Positions 1 through 11,470 are shown, numbered from the stretch's first letter. The stretch is DNA of 64,000 nt from an uncultured Hormoscilla sp. (GCA_963921275.4 OZ001293.3:4576001-4640000), one strand, 5' to 3'. Program-made: numbers and translations. Notes: generated from the letters alone by a model not told the origin.

Positions 1-229
1 GACGCAACCCAGTCATGGCTGCACCTACTGCCATACCGGTGAAGCTATTTTCCGCGATCGGGGTATCGAGAACCCTAAGTTCGCCATATTTTTGGTACAG
101 GTCTTTGGTAACTTTGTAGGAGCCGCCGTAATGTCCCACATCTTCTCCAAGCACGAACACTGAGGGGTCACGGGCCATTTCTTCGTCTATAGCTGCCCGC
201 AAGGCGTTGAAGAATAATGTTTCTGCCAT
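1..229 (-). CDS. pdhB: Pyruvate dehydrogenase E1 beta subunit, 5' part (runs off window)
   Basis: Reverse complement from ATG at 229 reads [45 protein letters not shown]...[22 protein letters not shown], the typical cyanobacterial PdhB N-terminus. Confidence 0.95.
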   Translation of the reverse strand, partial: MAETLFFNALRAAIDEEMARDPSVFVLGEDVGHYGGSYKVTKDLYQKYGELRVLDTPIAENSFTGMAVGAAMTGLR

Positions 230-337
230 CTACACTTTCCGGTTTAGGGGTTGTCAGACTAGCATCTTAACCTGTTGCGGGCACAATGGTTTCTCGTTCC
301 GCTTTATTGCGAATATAAAAGTATAATTGCAAATTCC

Positions 338-612
338 TATACTTTGAAAGGGATTGCGAACGACGAGCGCAAAATGGAGAAGAACGTGTCATTGCGAGGG
401 GGGGAATCCCTGACCGTTATTGTCGGGAACACAAGCGGATCCCCCCCGAAGCAATATCCTCACTAGCGCGTGGAGATTGCTAGCCCTCCTGGCGTCGGGC
501 CGCTGCGCTAGCGGGGGGTGTTACTCAAACTGTTCAAGTATCTCTCAATTATCCCCCCCCTCGCAATGACATTACCGCCCTAAAAGCTCAGTTTATGACC
601 GTTTGGAGTATA
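338..612. repeat. MITE/REP-like palindromic element
   Basis: Imperfect terminal IRs TATACTTTGAAAGG / CCGTTTGGAGTATA enclose the IR pair GTCATTGCGAGGGGGGG (~388) / CCCCCCCTCGCAATGAC (~554); a half-copy occurs at ~8533. Confidence 0.55.
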
Positions 613-809
613 ATTGCGAATTGCTAATTGCGAATGGCGAATGGTCAGAAAAGTGGGTGGGCCCTGCCAACTGTCAGATGCTACCGGTACTAGATAACGG
701 TTCAATTCTCGTCAAGTTCTTAACCTGTGTCCGACTTTAGTCCTCACTACAAACGTCGGACTGAAGTCTTCACTACAAACGATGTATTATATCATTTCTT
801 TCTAATCCC

Positions 810-1631
810 ATGACTGTCTCAACTCACCTACCTATTCAATCGGACCCCCCGCTGCTACCTTGGCAAACTTTACCGACCATGTACGATTTACCTAGCGATA
901 ACCCGGAGGATCCTGGTTTGCCTGACGAATTTCACTTTTTCCAACCCCTGCTGCTTTATCTCACTTTTTTACCAACTACCTATAGTCTGGAACTAACTTA
1001 CAGTGCTTGTGACCTCAATCTCTACTATGATGTAAATCATCTCCAATGGTATAAACGTCCCGATTGGTTTGGCGTCGTGGGAGTGCCTCGACTCTATGAG
1101 GGTCGCGATATGCGTTTAAGTTACGCGATCTGGCAAGAAAAAGTCAGTCCGATCGTGGTTGTGGAATTATTGTCGGCAGGAACAGAAGATGGAGATTTGG
1201 GCAGGACTGTAAGCGAGTCGGGAAAACCTCCGACAAAATGGGTAGTATACGAGCAAATATTGCACATTCCCTACTATTTTGTCTTCAGTCGCTATACTTC
1301 AGAAGTACAAGCTTTCCATCTGGCTAACGATCGTTATGAACCAATGCCAATGACTGAGGGGCGCTGGTCGGTCCCAGAGCTGGGATTGAGTTTGGGTTTG
1401 TGGCAAGGTGAATTTCAAAAAGTTAATCGCCTCTGGTTGCGGTGGATGACAGAGGAGGGAGAATTAATTCCGGTTCCCAGTGAAGTAGCATCCGCTGCTG
1501 AGACACGAGCCTCAGAGGCTGAGACACGCGCCTCTGAGGCTGAAAAAGATGCCGCTGCTGCTAAACTAAAGGCAGAAAAATTGGCGCAACGATTGCACGA
1601 GTTAGGATTCGATCCTGATGAGATTGATTAG
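810..1631 (+). CDS. Uma2 (DUF820) family putative endonuclease
   Basis: LPTMYDLPS, RPDWFGVVGV, VVVELLS, KWVVYEQIL and LGLSLGLWQG..WLRW motifs, followed by an A/E-rich coiled-coil tail. Confidence 0.9.
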   Translation: MTVSTHLPIQSDPPLLPWQTLPTMYDLPSDNPEDPGLPDEFHFFQPLLLYLTFLPTTYSLELTYSACDLNLYYDVNHLQWYKRPDWFGVVGVPRLYEGRDMRLSYAIWQEKVSPIVVVELLSAGTEDGDLGRTVSESGKPPTKWVVYEQILHIPYYFVFSRYTSEVQAFHLANDRYEPMPMTEGRWSVPELGLSLGLWQGEFQKVNRLWLRWMTEEGELIPVPSEVASAAETRASEAETRASEAEKDAAAAKLKAEKLAQRLHELGFDPDEID

Positions 1632-1735
1632 AATTTAAAGTATTGTGCATATCCGGAGCGTTCTTTAGACAAAAAAATGTAGGGACAATTCATGAATTGC
1701 CCCTACATTTAGGACATTAGCAGGAAGAAATACTT

Positions 1736-2427
1736 ATGACTATCTCAACTCATTTACCTCCTCAATCGGACCCTCCGGCGGTGTCTCCTGGGAGATGCAG
1801 AAGTTGTGGGAGTGTCTCGACTCTATAAGGGTCGCGATCGGCGTTTAAGTTATGTGAACTGGCAAGAGAGACTCCGTCCCATTGTGGTTGTGTAATTATC
1901 ATCTCCAGGGAGAGAGGATGAAGATTTGGACCCGACTGTAAGGGAGTATAGTCAACCTCCAACAAAATGGGTAGTATACGAGCAAATATTGCGTGTTACC
2001 TACTACTTTGTCTTCAGTCGTTATACTTCAGAATTACAAGCTTTCCATCGGGTTGGCGGTCATTTTGAACCAATAGCAAGTACTGATGGGCTTCGGCATC
2101 CCCGAGGAGTTCGATGTTTCCCGGGAGCGCTAAGCGCACTACCCAGGAAACATCGTAACCGCACTACCCCGGGGACACCGATGGTGGATACCAACCTTGG
2201 GATTGAGTTTGGGTTTGTGGCAAGGTGATTATCAAGATGTGAATCGTCTCTGGTTAAGGTGGATGACAGAGGAGGGAGAATTAATTCCGGTTCCCAGTGA
2301 AGTAGTATCCGCAGCAGAGACACGAGCTGCTGAGGCTGAAAAAGAAGCTGCTGCTGCTAAACTAAGGGCAGAAAAGTTGGCGCAGCTATTGCAAGAGTTG
2401 GGAGTTAATCCTGGGTCGATTGATTAG
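1736..2427 (+). pseudogene. Degraded Uma2 paralog (copy 2)
   Basis: DNA is similar to 810-1631 at start, middle and end, with deletions, stops and a palindromic insertion at ~2091-2182. Confidence 0.85.
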
Positions 2428-2601
2428 ACTCCTGATCGGGTGCATATTCCCAGCGTTCTTGAGACGAAAAAGAACATAACAGGGTGCTTTTTTTTCATGT
2501 CTGTGTAGAAGGGAAGCATTCTGGCAGTAACTATAGAGAAAATAGTTTCTCTCTGCTATGCCAAAATGCTTCCCCCGCCGCCAAAGTAAGATGCAAAAAA
2601 T

Positions 2602-3060
2602 ATGACTGTTTCAACTCATCTACCTACTCAAGCGAAACTACCGCTTCCAGCTTGGCAAACTTTGCCAACTATGTACGATCTACCTAGCGAAAATCAGGAC
2701 GAACAGCCAGATGATTTTCACTTTCTCCAAACCCTGCTGCTCTATCTCACTTTTATCCCAACTACTTGTAGTGGTAAATTGGCTTACAGTGCTTGCAACC
2801 TCAATCTCTACTATGACTTAAATCATCCCGAATGGTATAAACGTCCCGATTGGTTTGCTGCATCTCTTGGGTAGTGCGAGTAGCGCTCCCAAGAGATGCA
2901 GCAGTTGTGGAGTGCATCGACTCTATCAGGGTCGCGATTTGCGTTTAAGTTATTTGATCTGGCAAGAGATAGTCAGGCGTTGTTGTAGAATTATTGTCTC
3001 CAGGCACAGAAGATGAAGATTTGGGCCGGACTACGATCGAGTCGGGTAAACCTCCAGGGC
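2602..3060 (+). pseudogene. Degraded, truncated Uma2 paralog (copy 3)
   Basis: MTVSTHLP...LPTMYDLPS...RPDWF, then interrupted by a palindromic element at ~2857-2903; homology ends near 3057. Confidence 0.85.
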
Positions 3061-3120
3061 AAACGCATCTTATTTTTGAAACGCTTACAGCCTACATTCA
3101 GCACGATAAAATGTATTGCG

Positions 3121-3236
3121 GGTAGTGGGTCACAAGTAGTGATTGCCTGAAACCCAGACTGTGGCCCCGGCTGGCCCCGGCAGGGACACAGGACCGCAGT
3201 CAAATCACTACGCTGACGCTCAGAATGACCACTACC
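3121..3236. mobile_element. Short MITE with GGTAGTGG termini (related copy at 5437-5514)
   Basis: Terminal IRs GGTAGTGGGTCA / TGACCACTACC; internal sequence is shared with 5437-5514. Confidence 0.6.
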
Positions 3237-3355
3237 TCCCCGCCAAATCTGTCTCCTACAGGCTAACGCTGCTGACGCTGCTGACGCTACAAGAGGCAGA
3301 GCCTCAAAGGTAGCATTCCGTGGCTCAGCCACGGAACCAATAAAGCCACGGAACC

Positions 3356-3577
3356 CTGGGGGGGCAACATGCAAGCCCAAACCCTTACTGGGTAACGATT
3401 TGGGCCCATAATCTCCAAAAATATATCTGCTGTTTTGGGCCGACAGACGACGTAGTTATAAGGGTTTGAGCTTCATGAAAATGAAAGAATGGTACTGATG
3501 CGACTGTATCAAGTCTAAGCCCATAGCCCTCAAACCCTTATCTAGTAAGGGTTTGAGGGCTCATGTCGCCCCCTCAG
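3356..3577. mobile_element. MITE, probably IS4-family derived
   Basis: IRs CTGGGGGGGCAACATG / CATGTCGCCCCCTCAG with a 9-bp direct repeat CACGGAACC (3347-3355, 3578-3586); CTG ends with a 9-bp TSD resemble IS10/IS50. Confidence 0.7.
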
Positions 3578-3747
3578 CACGGAACCAGTAACCTCCTGCT
3601 GCTTTTCTGTTTACCCTGTGTCCTGCAGAAACCGGGTCGCAGCCGAGGCCACAGGATAGGAGGGTGGGCGGTGCCCACCCTACAGTAATTACATTTAAAA
3701 ACTTACCAAAAAGTTTTTGAAATCATCAGTGATTGCCCGAATGAACC

Positions 3748-5401
3748 AGTCGGGGTCGAGCTAACTCTCACGAGCTAACCCTCCCATTCGGAACCGGACA
3801 TGCGACTTTCATCGCATCCGGCTACTGGGTAGATAGCCCTTTGTCATGGGTAGAATTACTCGGGATTACTCCCTTTGTTCCTCTCTTTATGTAATTTGGC
3901 CCCTTATGGTTAGTCTCAGACTAGATAAATGCCTAACTCCGGAAGGTTCGCGGGGGTTAACAGGACAAACCCATATAAACCGCTCTTTACTAACGTTGCC
4001 CTCGTTAATTAGGGACTTTACAAGTTTTACCCGGTTAGGTCTTTAGTCCAATATTAACTACCTAGGATTTCTCCTGGTCTAGAACATTTAAGGCTACTTT
4101 CACCCAAAGATTCTATCTATCACCAACCCACGTCAGCATATCCATAGGAGTTACCCCAGGCTTTAGCTTCTTGGGCTATCTCTCCCCTCATGGCTTGCGC
4201 TTTACATCTAACTTGTCCATATGAGGACAGCTCATGAGAGGTTACTTCGTTCCCTAATATCATTTCACGATACCTTTAGGCTCCTACTATACCTCAGTAA
4301 CTTTTCGAGTACGATGTTAGTCACGGGCTACGACTAACACTAGCTACTTTCCCTTTTGGGCCAGCGTAATAGCCTTATTCCGCTGGTTTAATATCATGAG
4401 GCTTACATAGATTTGTTTGTTCTAGCCTTGGGTATCTAACAAGCGCGGAGTCACTGGCTTAGGCTGCCAGCTATCCTACATTTAAATCCTCGCTTAGCAC
4501 CACGGCGATGTTACTCCGCAGCACCTCACGCGGTCACCCCCGTACTTGAGAGGAATTAGGGGTCGAGCTGGGAATCGCTCCCCAACCCTCCCGTTCGGAA
4601 CCGTGCATGCGACTTTCACCGCACACGGCTACTGGGTAGTTGGTCCTTGTCACTGGTAGGTAACTTCGGGATTACTCCCGTTGTCCCTCGTCTCATGAGA
4701 TTTGGCCCCTTGAGCTTATCCATCTCTGACAGGTTTCCCCCGAGCTGTAGGCATATTTAGGGCTACTTTTACCCAAGACTTCCAACTATCACCGACCGAC
4801 GTCTGCATATCCCAGGCGTTACTCCGGGCATTTGCTTCTTAGGCCATCTTTCCCACTCGCGGCTTGCGCTTCACATCTGACTGGTCCTTTAGGACAGCAC
4901 ACGAAGGGTTACTTCGTTCCCTGGTATCATTTCACGATGCCTTTAGGCCCCTACTTTTCCCCGGCAGTTATTTGGGTACAATGTTAGCCAATTCCCTAAT
5001 TAACACTAACTGCATTAACTTTTGTTCCAGCGCATTAAGCCTTATTTCGCTGGTTGGGTTTAACGAGGTTTACATAGGTTCGCTTGTTCTAGCCATGGAC
5101 ATCTTTCCTAGCGGAGTCACCGGCTTGGGCTGCCAGCTATCCTACATTTGAGTCCTCGCTTAGCACCACGACGATGTTATTTCGCAGCACCTCACGCGGT
5201 TACCCCTGTACCTGGGGAGGGGGAATTAAACCCCCATGATTACCAGAGTTACTAGTTTCCTAGGCCAGCGTTCCGTATATGACTACGTTAGGCTGGAACT
5301 CATCGCACGGGAATTTAACCCTCATGATAATCAGAGTTATCTGGCTAATGGAACCAGACCCGACTTTCACCATTACTGGCTTATGTCAGAACGAATCGCA
5401 C
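3748..5401 (-). mobile_element. ORF-less group II intron A1 (outer intron of twintron 1)
   Basis: 5' end GTGCGATTCGTT at 5401; domain V AGCCGGATGCGATGAAAGTCGCATGTCCGGTT and domain VI ending CGACCCCGACT at ~3748; ~900 nt without the inner intron; no RT ORF. Confidence 0.92.
4555..5308 (-). mobile_element. ORF-less group II intron B1 nested in domain I of A1
   Basis: Own 5' end GTGCGATGAG at 5308; own domain V AGCCGTGTGCGGTGAAAGTCGCATGCACGGTT and 3' end CGACCCCTAAT at 4555; removing it restores a continuous A1 domain I. Confidence 0.92.
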
Positions 5402-5436
5402 AACCCGATTATTATCCTAAGATATATACAAACAGG

Positions 5437-5514
5437 AGTAGCGGGTCACAAGTAGTGATTTTAGCGCCTGAAACCCAGGACCGCAGTCAAATCACTATCG
5501 GAATGACCACTACC
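5437..5514. mobile_element. Short MITE, relative of 3121-3236
   Basis: AGTAGCGGGTCACAAGTAGTGATT...GAATGACCACTACC matches the 3121-3236 element. Confidence 0.55.
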
Positions 5515-7036
5515 TTGGAATCCATGTTGCGGATATATAGCAGTCGGGGTCGAGCTAACTCTCACGAGCTAACCCTCCCATTCGGAACCGGACATGCGAC
5601 TTTCATCGCATCCGGCTACTGGGTAGATAGCCCTTTGTCATGGGTAGAATTACTCGGGATTACTCCCTTTGTTCCTCTCTTTATGTAATTTGGCCCCTTA
5701 TGGTTAGTCTCAGACTAGATAAATGCCTAACTCCGGAAGGTTCGCGGGGGTTAACAGGACAAACCCATATAAACCGCTCTTTACTAACGTTGCCCTCGTT
5801 AATTAGGGACTTTACAAGTTTTACCCGGTTAGGTCTTTAGTCCAATATTAACTACCTAGGATTTCTCCTGGTTTAGAACATTTAAGGCTACTTTCACCCA
5901 AAGATTCTATCTATCACCAACCCACGTCAGCATATCCATAGGAGTTACCCCAGGCTTTAGCTTCTTGGGCTATCTCTCCCCTCATGGCTTGCGCTTTACA
6001 TCTAACTTGTCCATATGAGGACAGCTCATGAGAGGTTACTTCGTTCCCTAATATCATTTCACGATACCTTTAGGCTCCTACTGTACCCCAGTAACTTTTC
6101 GAGTACGATGTTAGTCACGGGCTACGACTAACACTAGCTACTTTCCCTTTTGGGCCAGCGTAATAGCCTTATTCCGCTGGTTTAATATCATGAGGCTTAC
6201 ATAGATTTGTTTGTTCTAGCCTTGGGTATCTAACAAGCGCGGAGTCACCGGCTTAGGCTGCCAGCTATCCTACATTTAAATCCTCGCTTAGCACCACGGC
6301 GATGTTACTCCGCAGCACCTCACGCGGTCACCCCCGTACTTGAGGGGAAGTCGGGGTCGAGCTGTCCCTCGCGGGACAACCCTCCCTTTCGGAACCGTGC
6401 ATGCGACTTTCACCGCACACGGCTACTGGGTACTAGGCCCCTTTCACGGGTAGGATTACTAGGGATTACTCCCATTGTCCCTTACTACTTGCACGTCCGC
6501 CCCTTTCCTGGTTGGTGAGTGGAGCTGCCGGATAACCTTTAGTATCACCATTTAACACTCCGTTTTACCAGTTAAACATTCCTCAATCCTCAACTCGCTT
6601 TCGCTAACGCTGTAAATGGGCTTATGACATTTTAGAGCTACTTGTAGCAATAGTTTACTAGTATCACCGACCCGCGTCTGCGTATCCATAGGCATTACCG
6701 GCGTCTTCCGCATGCTCTTGTCCTGAAGGACTTTGGCGTCTTCCGCACACTCTTGTCCTGAAGGACTCGGTGTGCTCCAGACACCAAGGCATGCTCCAGA
6801 CACCGCCTAGGCATTAGCTTCTCGGGCCATCTCTCCCCTCATGGGCATGCGCTATGCGCTGCGCGCACGCTACGCGGACGCACATCTGACTTGTCCAAAT
6901 GAGGACAGCACCACGGGGGTTACTTCGTTCCTCTCGCTGAGGTTACTTCGTTCCCTGGTATCATTTCACGATGCCTTTAGGCCCCTACTTTTCCCCGGCA
7001 GTTATTTGGGTACAATGTTAGCCAATTCCCTAATTA

Positions 7037-8046
7037 ACCTAAGTTGCGACCTATTAAAAAAAATATGAATTACCCACTTAGACTTTACAGATATTTGGGA
7101 TATTTCGTAGCTTTTGATACAAAATTATATTTTTTTTGTGCTAGACGGCGGGTTGGCTGTTTATAGGTTATAATGTACTAAAATAATAGTTAATTGCTAG
7201 GGGATGTAGATGATGGAAGATATGATTACAACAATTTTTGTTCTTTGTGATGAGCTACTAAAAGCGTTAAATATAAAAGAAGATCCACAAGTAAAAATGA
7301 ACAATGCCGAAGTGATGACAGTCGGATTAGTTGCTGCATATTTTTTCGGAGGACACCACGATCGCTCTTGTCAATTTATGGTCGAACACAAGTATATAAA
7401 AAATCTGTTAAGTAAAAGTAGGTTCAATCGTCGATTACACAATATTGACGAACCAATTTGGATGTTTTTCTTCCAAGTTATAGCTCAAACATTTAAAGAG
7501 CTCAATCCGTCAAGAATATATTCTTGATAGTTTCCCGGTGCCAGTATGTGATAATATTAGGATTGATAGATGCCAAATTTATAACAAGGAAGAATATCGA
7601 GGGTATATTGCCAGTAAAAAACGTTATTTTTATGGATTAAGAGTTCATATGTTGGTAAACAAAAATGGAAAGCCAATAGAATTTTATCTAGATCCTGGTA
7701 GTTATAATGATGTTAAAGTTTTGCAATCTTTTGGCTTTGACTTACCATCAAATTCAATAGTTTATGGAGATAAAGCTTATAATGATTATCAATTAGAGGA
7801 TTTACTAAAAGAGTCGTCAAGTATAATGTTAAAACCTTTGCGAAAAAAGAACTCAAAAAGAAAAGAATATTCTTGTTTTGAATATATACAAAAAGTAACA
7901 AGAAAACAAGTTGAAACCTGTTTTAGTCGAATCACCAATTTGTTTCCCAAGTCAATTCATGCTGTTACATCTAAGGGATTAGAGTTGAAAATAATTCTCT
8001 TTATCATAGCTTTTTGTATCCAATTTTTATAGGTCGCAACTTGAGT
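7037..8046 (+). mobile_element. IS982-family insertion sequence
   Basis: IRs ACCTAAGTTGCGACCTAT / ATAGGTCGCAACTTGAGT with 6-bp TSD TAATTA; near-identical to 41900-42911. Confidence 0.9.
7210..8032 (+). pseudogene. IS982 transposase, frameshifted
   Basis: Split ORFs 7210-7527 and 7538-8032; AATCCGTCAAG here versus AATCCGGGTCAAG in the intact copy (2-nt loss). Confidence 0.9.
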
Positions 8047-8591
8047 TAATTAACACTAACTGCATTAACTTTTGTTCCAGCGCATTAAGCCTTATTTCGC
8101 TGGTTGGGTTTAACGAGGTTTACATAGGTTCGCTTGTTCTAGCCATGGACATCTTTCCTAGCAGAGTCACCGGCTTGGGCTGCCAGTTATCCTACATTTG
8201 AGTCCTCGCTTGGCACCACGATGATGTTACTTCGCAGCACCTCACGCGGTTACCCCTGTACCTGGGGAGGGGGAATTAAACCCCCATGATTACCAGAGTT
8301 ACTAGTTTCCTAGGCCAGCGTTCCGTATATGACTACGTTAGGCTGGAACTCATCGCACGGGAATTTAACCCTCATGATAATCAGAGTTATCTGGCTAATG
8401 GAACCAGACCCGACTTTCACCATTACTGGCTTATGTCAGAACGAATCGCACAGTTCTCATATTAGTGTGATATGCTGTAGGATATTGCGTCGGGAGGGTA
8501 ACTCACCCCTCGCATAAGTTACTCGCCTTACTCCCCCCCCCTCGCAATGACAAGTCGGCGATTATTCTGTACCACATTAATTTGAGAAACG

Positions 8592-8753
8592 CTATACTTT
8601 CTGCAACAATAGTACGGATTGAGCGCTCGGGACATGGAAGATAGTTTGTATGACATCGTATCGATGCGTCAGTTTTCGGGATTGGGTATGGATGAGGTTC
8701 CTGACGAGACCAAGATATTGAGATTCCGGCATTGGCTGGAGGAACACAAATAG
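8592..8753 (+). pseudogene. IS5-family transposase remnant
   Basis: Translates YFLQQ*YGLSARDMEDSLYDIVSMRQFSGLGMDEVPDETKILRFRHWLEEHK*, matching the IS5 motif LSDPAMEDALY...PDETTILNFRH. Confidence 0.75.
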
Positions 8754-9286
8754 CAAAACTCGGTGGCGAAGCGGCAATCCTGAATTCTACCGAATACGAT
8801 CGCATCCCGGTTGACGACCCAAGAAGCCCCTAAGTCCGCCATACCCGATCGGAGCGGTAAAATAACCGAGATTTCCATTACATGACCATTAACAGGGACA
8901 ACTAACATTACTCGATCAATTTCGATACCAAGTATCAAAAGCAAATGAAAATCACCCTCATCATTATCCTATCCATACTGATATTTGTTGCCATTGTTTA
9001 TCTATGGGGCAGAACCTTACCCGCACACCAAGACCTACGGGTAGAAAGAACAATTAGCATCAATGCCCGCATATTAGATTGAGAAGAGCCGTCTTACGCA
9101 ACAATTTTGGTTGTTTGTAATGATCCTTTACAGAAATCCCAGATCCAGAGTCCGCTATCCATTTATCAGGACAGCCGTAGTGCCGGTCATAGAAAGAACC
9201 CAGGAAACCAGAGGGCTAAACAGCGAGAAACCGGGTTTCTGGCAGAAACCCGGTTTCTCAGTCCGTCGATGTTTGCCAGTGGTAGC

Positions 9287-10846
9287 TTAAAAGTTAGGCT
9301 CGACAATATAAGGAGAAGAAATTCTCGGAGCCTTGTTGGTGGCCACTAAAGCCTGGTAAATGAAGGCTGAAACTTCAGCTCTAGTGCTATCCAGCATGGG
9401 GTTAAGTATATTCTTCTGAGGATAATTGACCACCATCCACCTTTGGGTAGCAGTAGCCACTTCATCAGTAGCATAGCTGGGAATCTGGGCCCGATCGCTA
9501 TAAGCAAAAAGTAAATTAGTATTGCCCTCAGTTAAGCCTAAACCATTCACCAAAGAGACGATCGCCTGAACGCGAGTCAAATTATGCTCCGGACGAAAAG
9601 AACCATCAGGAAAACCAGAGATAAATCCCATGCGCGAGGCTTGCCCCATGCGCGAGGCTTGCCCGATCGCCGATGCGGCCCAAAAACGAGGGTCAACATC
9701 CCAAAAGTCAATCTCCGATCGCTTAAAAGGCAATGGGAAAGTCTTAGCAATCAAAGCGGCATACTGGGCGCGAGTGATGCTTTGGTCTGGTCGAAAAGTG
9801 CGATCGGGGAAACCACTAATAAAGCCCTTACTAACCATAGCAGCAATAAAGACTTCCGCCCAATGTCGGGCAATATCTGTCAATCCAGTTTCGCTGCGTG
9901 GTGCCGGAGTGGGAGTGGGAGTAGGGTTGGGAGTGGGAGTGGGAGTGGGGCTGGGAGTAGGGGCGATTGGCAGATCTGTGGCAACAAAATCGATCGAGCC
10001 TTTCACGCGGGTAGGATTAATCTGATTTCCCACCGAGACCAGCATCTTCTTAGTAGCATTATGCAAATCATATTGACCATTACCGCGCAGAATATTGCCA
10101 CCATTATCTTGAGGACTGCCCAAATCCGGTATCGCATTACCAATCACAACCAGACCATCCTCCGAGTTATTCTCAATTGTATTATTCCGCAGGACTGGAC
10201 GTGCTTGATTAGAAAGTACCATGCCAGAGCGATTGGCAAAAATCAGATTATCAACCACCACAGGCGCAGCATCATCGCTAATGGCAATCCCGTAACCAGT
10301 ATCTTGACAGACATTACCACGTATCTCGCCCTTCACATTTTTCGCGATCGATATCCCGTTAGCGTTATTTCTAATAAACAGATTACCCTCAATCACGGGA
10401 TGGGCCGTACCAGTAGCAAACAGCCCCTCTCGGGCCGAATTCGCTAAAGTATTGTTAGCCACGTAAGGGGCCGTAGATTCAATCCAGACCGCCGTCCCCC
10501 GTCCGGCCCGGTTAGTCACAGTGACTCCCCGCAATTGGGCATCATCGGACAGCTCTATGGTAATATTTTGACGGGCAAAGCTGCGCGAGAAATAACTGCC
10601 ACTGCCTTCAATTACAATCCCCTTGCCTTTGTCCGATTCATTCCCTAAAACCGTCACCCCAGCTGGCACGCTCAGGGGAAAAATCTCGCCACTGGCTTGA
10701 TTATAGACCCCAGGTGCCAGTTGAATCCTAGTTTCGCCCCTCGATTGCTGGAGTGCCCTGGTCAGGGTCTTAAACGGAGAATATTGATTACCGGCACCTC
10801 TGTCATTGCCAGTATCGGGATTAACATAAAGCATAGATTTGACCAT
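9287..10846 (-). CDS. DUF1565 / parallel beta-helix protein with C-terminal SLH domains
   Basis: LYVNPDTGND...PFKTLTRAL...GEIFPL N-terminus, PT-repeat linker, SLH motifs (TDIARHWA, ISGFPDRTFRPDQSITRAQ); alternative GTG start at 10873. Confidence 0.88.
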   Translation of the reverse strand: MVKSMLYVNPDTGNDRGAGNQYSPFKTLTRALQQSRGETRIQLAPGVYNQASGEIFPLSVPAGVTVLGNESDKGKGIVIEGSGSYFSRSFARQNITIELSDDAQLRGVTVTNRAGRGTAVWIESTAPYVANNTLANSAREGLFATGTAHPVIEGNLFIRNNANGISIAKNVKGEIRGNVCQDTGYGIAISDDAAPVVVDNLIFANRSGMVLSNQARPVLRNNTIENNSEDGLVVIGNAIPDLGSPQDNGGNILRGNGQYDLHNATKKMLVSVGNQINPTRVKGSIDFVATDLPIAPTPSPTPTPTPNPTPTPTPAPRSETGLTDIARHWAEVFIAAMVSKGFISGFPDRTFRPDQSITRAQYAALIAKTFPLPFKRSEIDFWDVDPRFWAASAIGQASRMGQASRMGFISGFPDGSFRPEHNLTRVQAIVSLVNGLGLTEGNTNLLFAYSDRAQIPSYATDEVATATQRWMVVNYPQKNILNPMLDSTRAEVSAFIYQALVATNKAPRISSPYIVEPNF

Positions 10847-10970
10847 GATTTTGTCGCGACCGGAGGCTGCCACCCCTGGGAAATATTAACATATTCCGTT
10901 ACGGTAGGCTGATTAACTCTTCGGGGAAATTAAAATATAAAAGCATTGCTGCCGCTAGTAAGGGTGAAAA

Positions 10971-11294
10971 ATGTTCTACATAGTCATAGCTCTGAATCTA
11001 CTAATATCATTACTCTGCCTGTTCGTTGCCTTCCGAGTTTGGCGACTGCGGCAAACTCTCTCTCGGGTGGCAGATGCGTTGGTAAAAGCTGAACGCAAAA
11101 CCCATGCCATACTCCACAAAGCTCCCCATAGCATTATTAAAGGGCAACGAGGCACGTCAACACTGCAGCGGCGGTATCGCAGTCTCATGAATCAAGTCAG
11201 GCAGGTGCAGCAGATTTTAGCCATTGTCAGTCTGGTGCTGGGAGTTGGGCATCGGGGCGGTACGCGGGCCCCACGGCTGGGTCGCGCTACGTGA
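10971..11294 (+). CDS. Conserved hypothetical membrane protein
   Basis: 107-aa ORF with an N-terminal TM helix, first gene of the YtxH/DUF948/TPM cluster. Confidence 0.65.
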   Translation: MFYIVIALNLLISLLCLFVAFRVWRLRQTLSRVADALVKAERKTHAILHKAPHSIIKGQRGTSTLQRRYRSLMNQVRQVQQILAIVSLVLGVGHRGGTRAPRLGRAT

Positions 11295-11470
11295 TTGCAC
11301 CAAGTACCGCGTACTGGCCTCCAGTAAGCAGCATGCTGAGATATTTCGATTTCCATACACAGACGCACTTGCGATCACAGAAGATAGAAGTAAGTTAGAA
11401 GGGGGTGGTCGGCGCTCTCCGACTGCGGCAGTCCCCAATCAATGTGAGTACAGCGAGGCTTAGCCCTAAG

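Larger units (their letters stand above)
6349..8358 (-). mobile_element. ORF-less group II intron B2 nested in A2; chimeric and IS-interrupted
   Basis: Same insertion point as B1; 5' half is nearly identical to B1 and 3' half (6349-~6940) differs; domain V at ~6391-6425. Confidence 0.88.
5542..8451 (-). mobile_element. ORF-less group II intron A2 (outer intron of twintron 2), near-identical to A1
   Basis: 5542-6348 and 8359-8451 are almost identical to 3748-4554 and 5309-5401; the flanks differ. Confidence 0.92.

Noticed and set aside
3846..7068. Short ORFs inside the introns as maturases
   Set aside because: They are short, mostly antisense to the intron, and have no RT motifs such as YADD
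7500..7540. Programmed frameshift in the IS982 transposase
   Set aside because: The second copy is a single ORF; this one simply lacks two G residues
8770..9100. Possible decayed gene
   Set aside because: No recognisable motif in the minus-strand frames examined, and multiple stops
9584..10447. Long antisense ORFs (also 24104-24850, 29370-30164, 39063-39668)
   Set aside because: Shadow frames of real genes or repeats with no recognisable motifs
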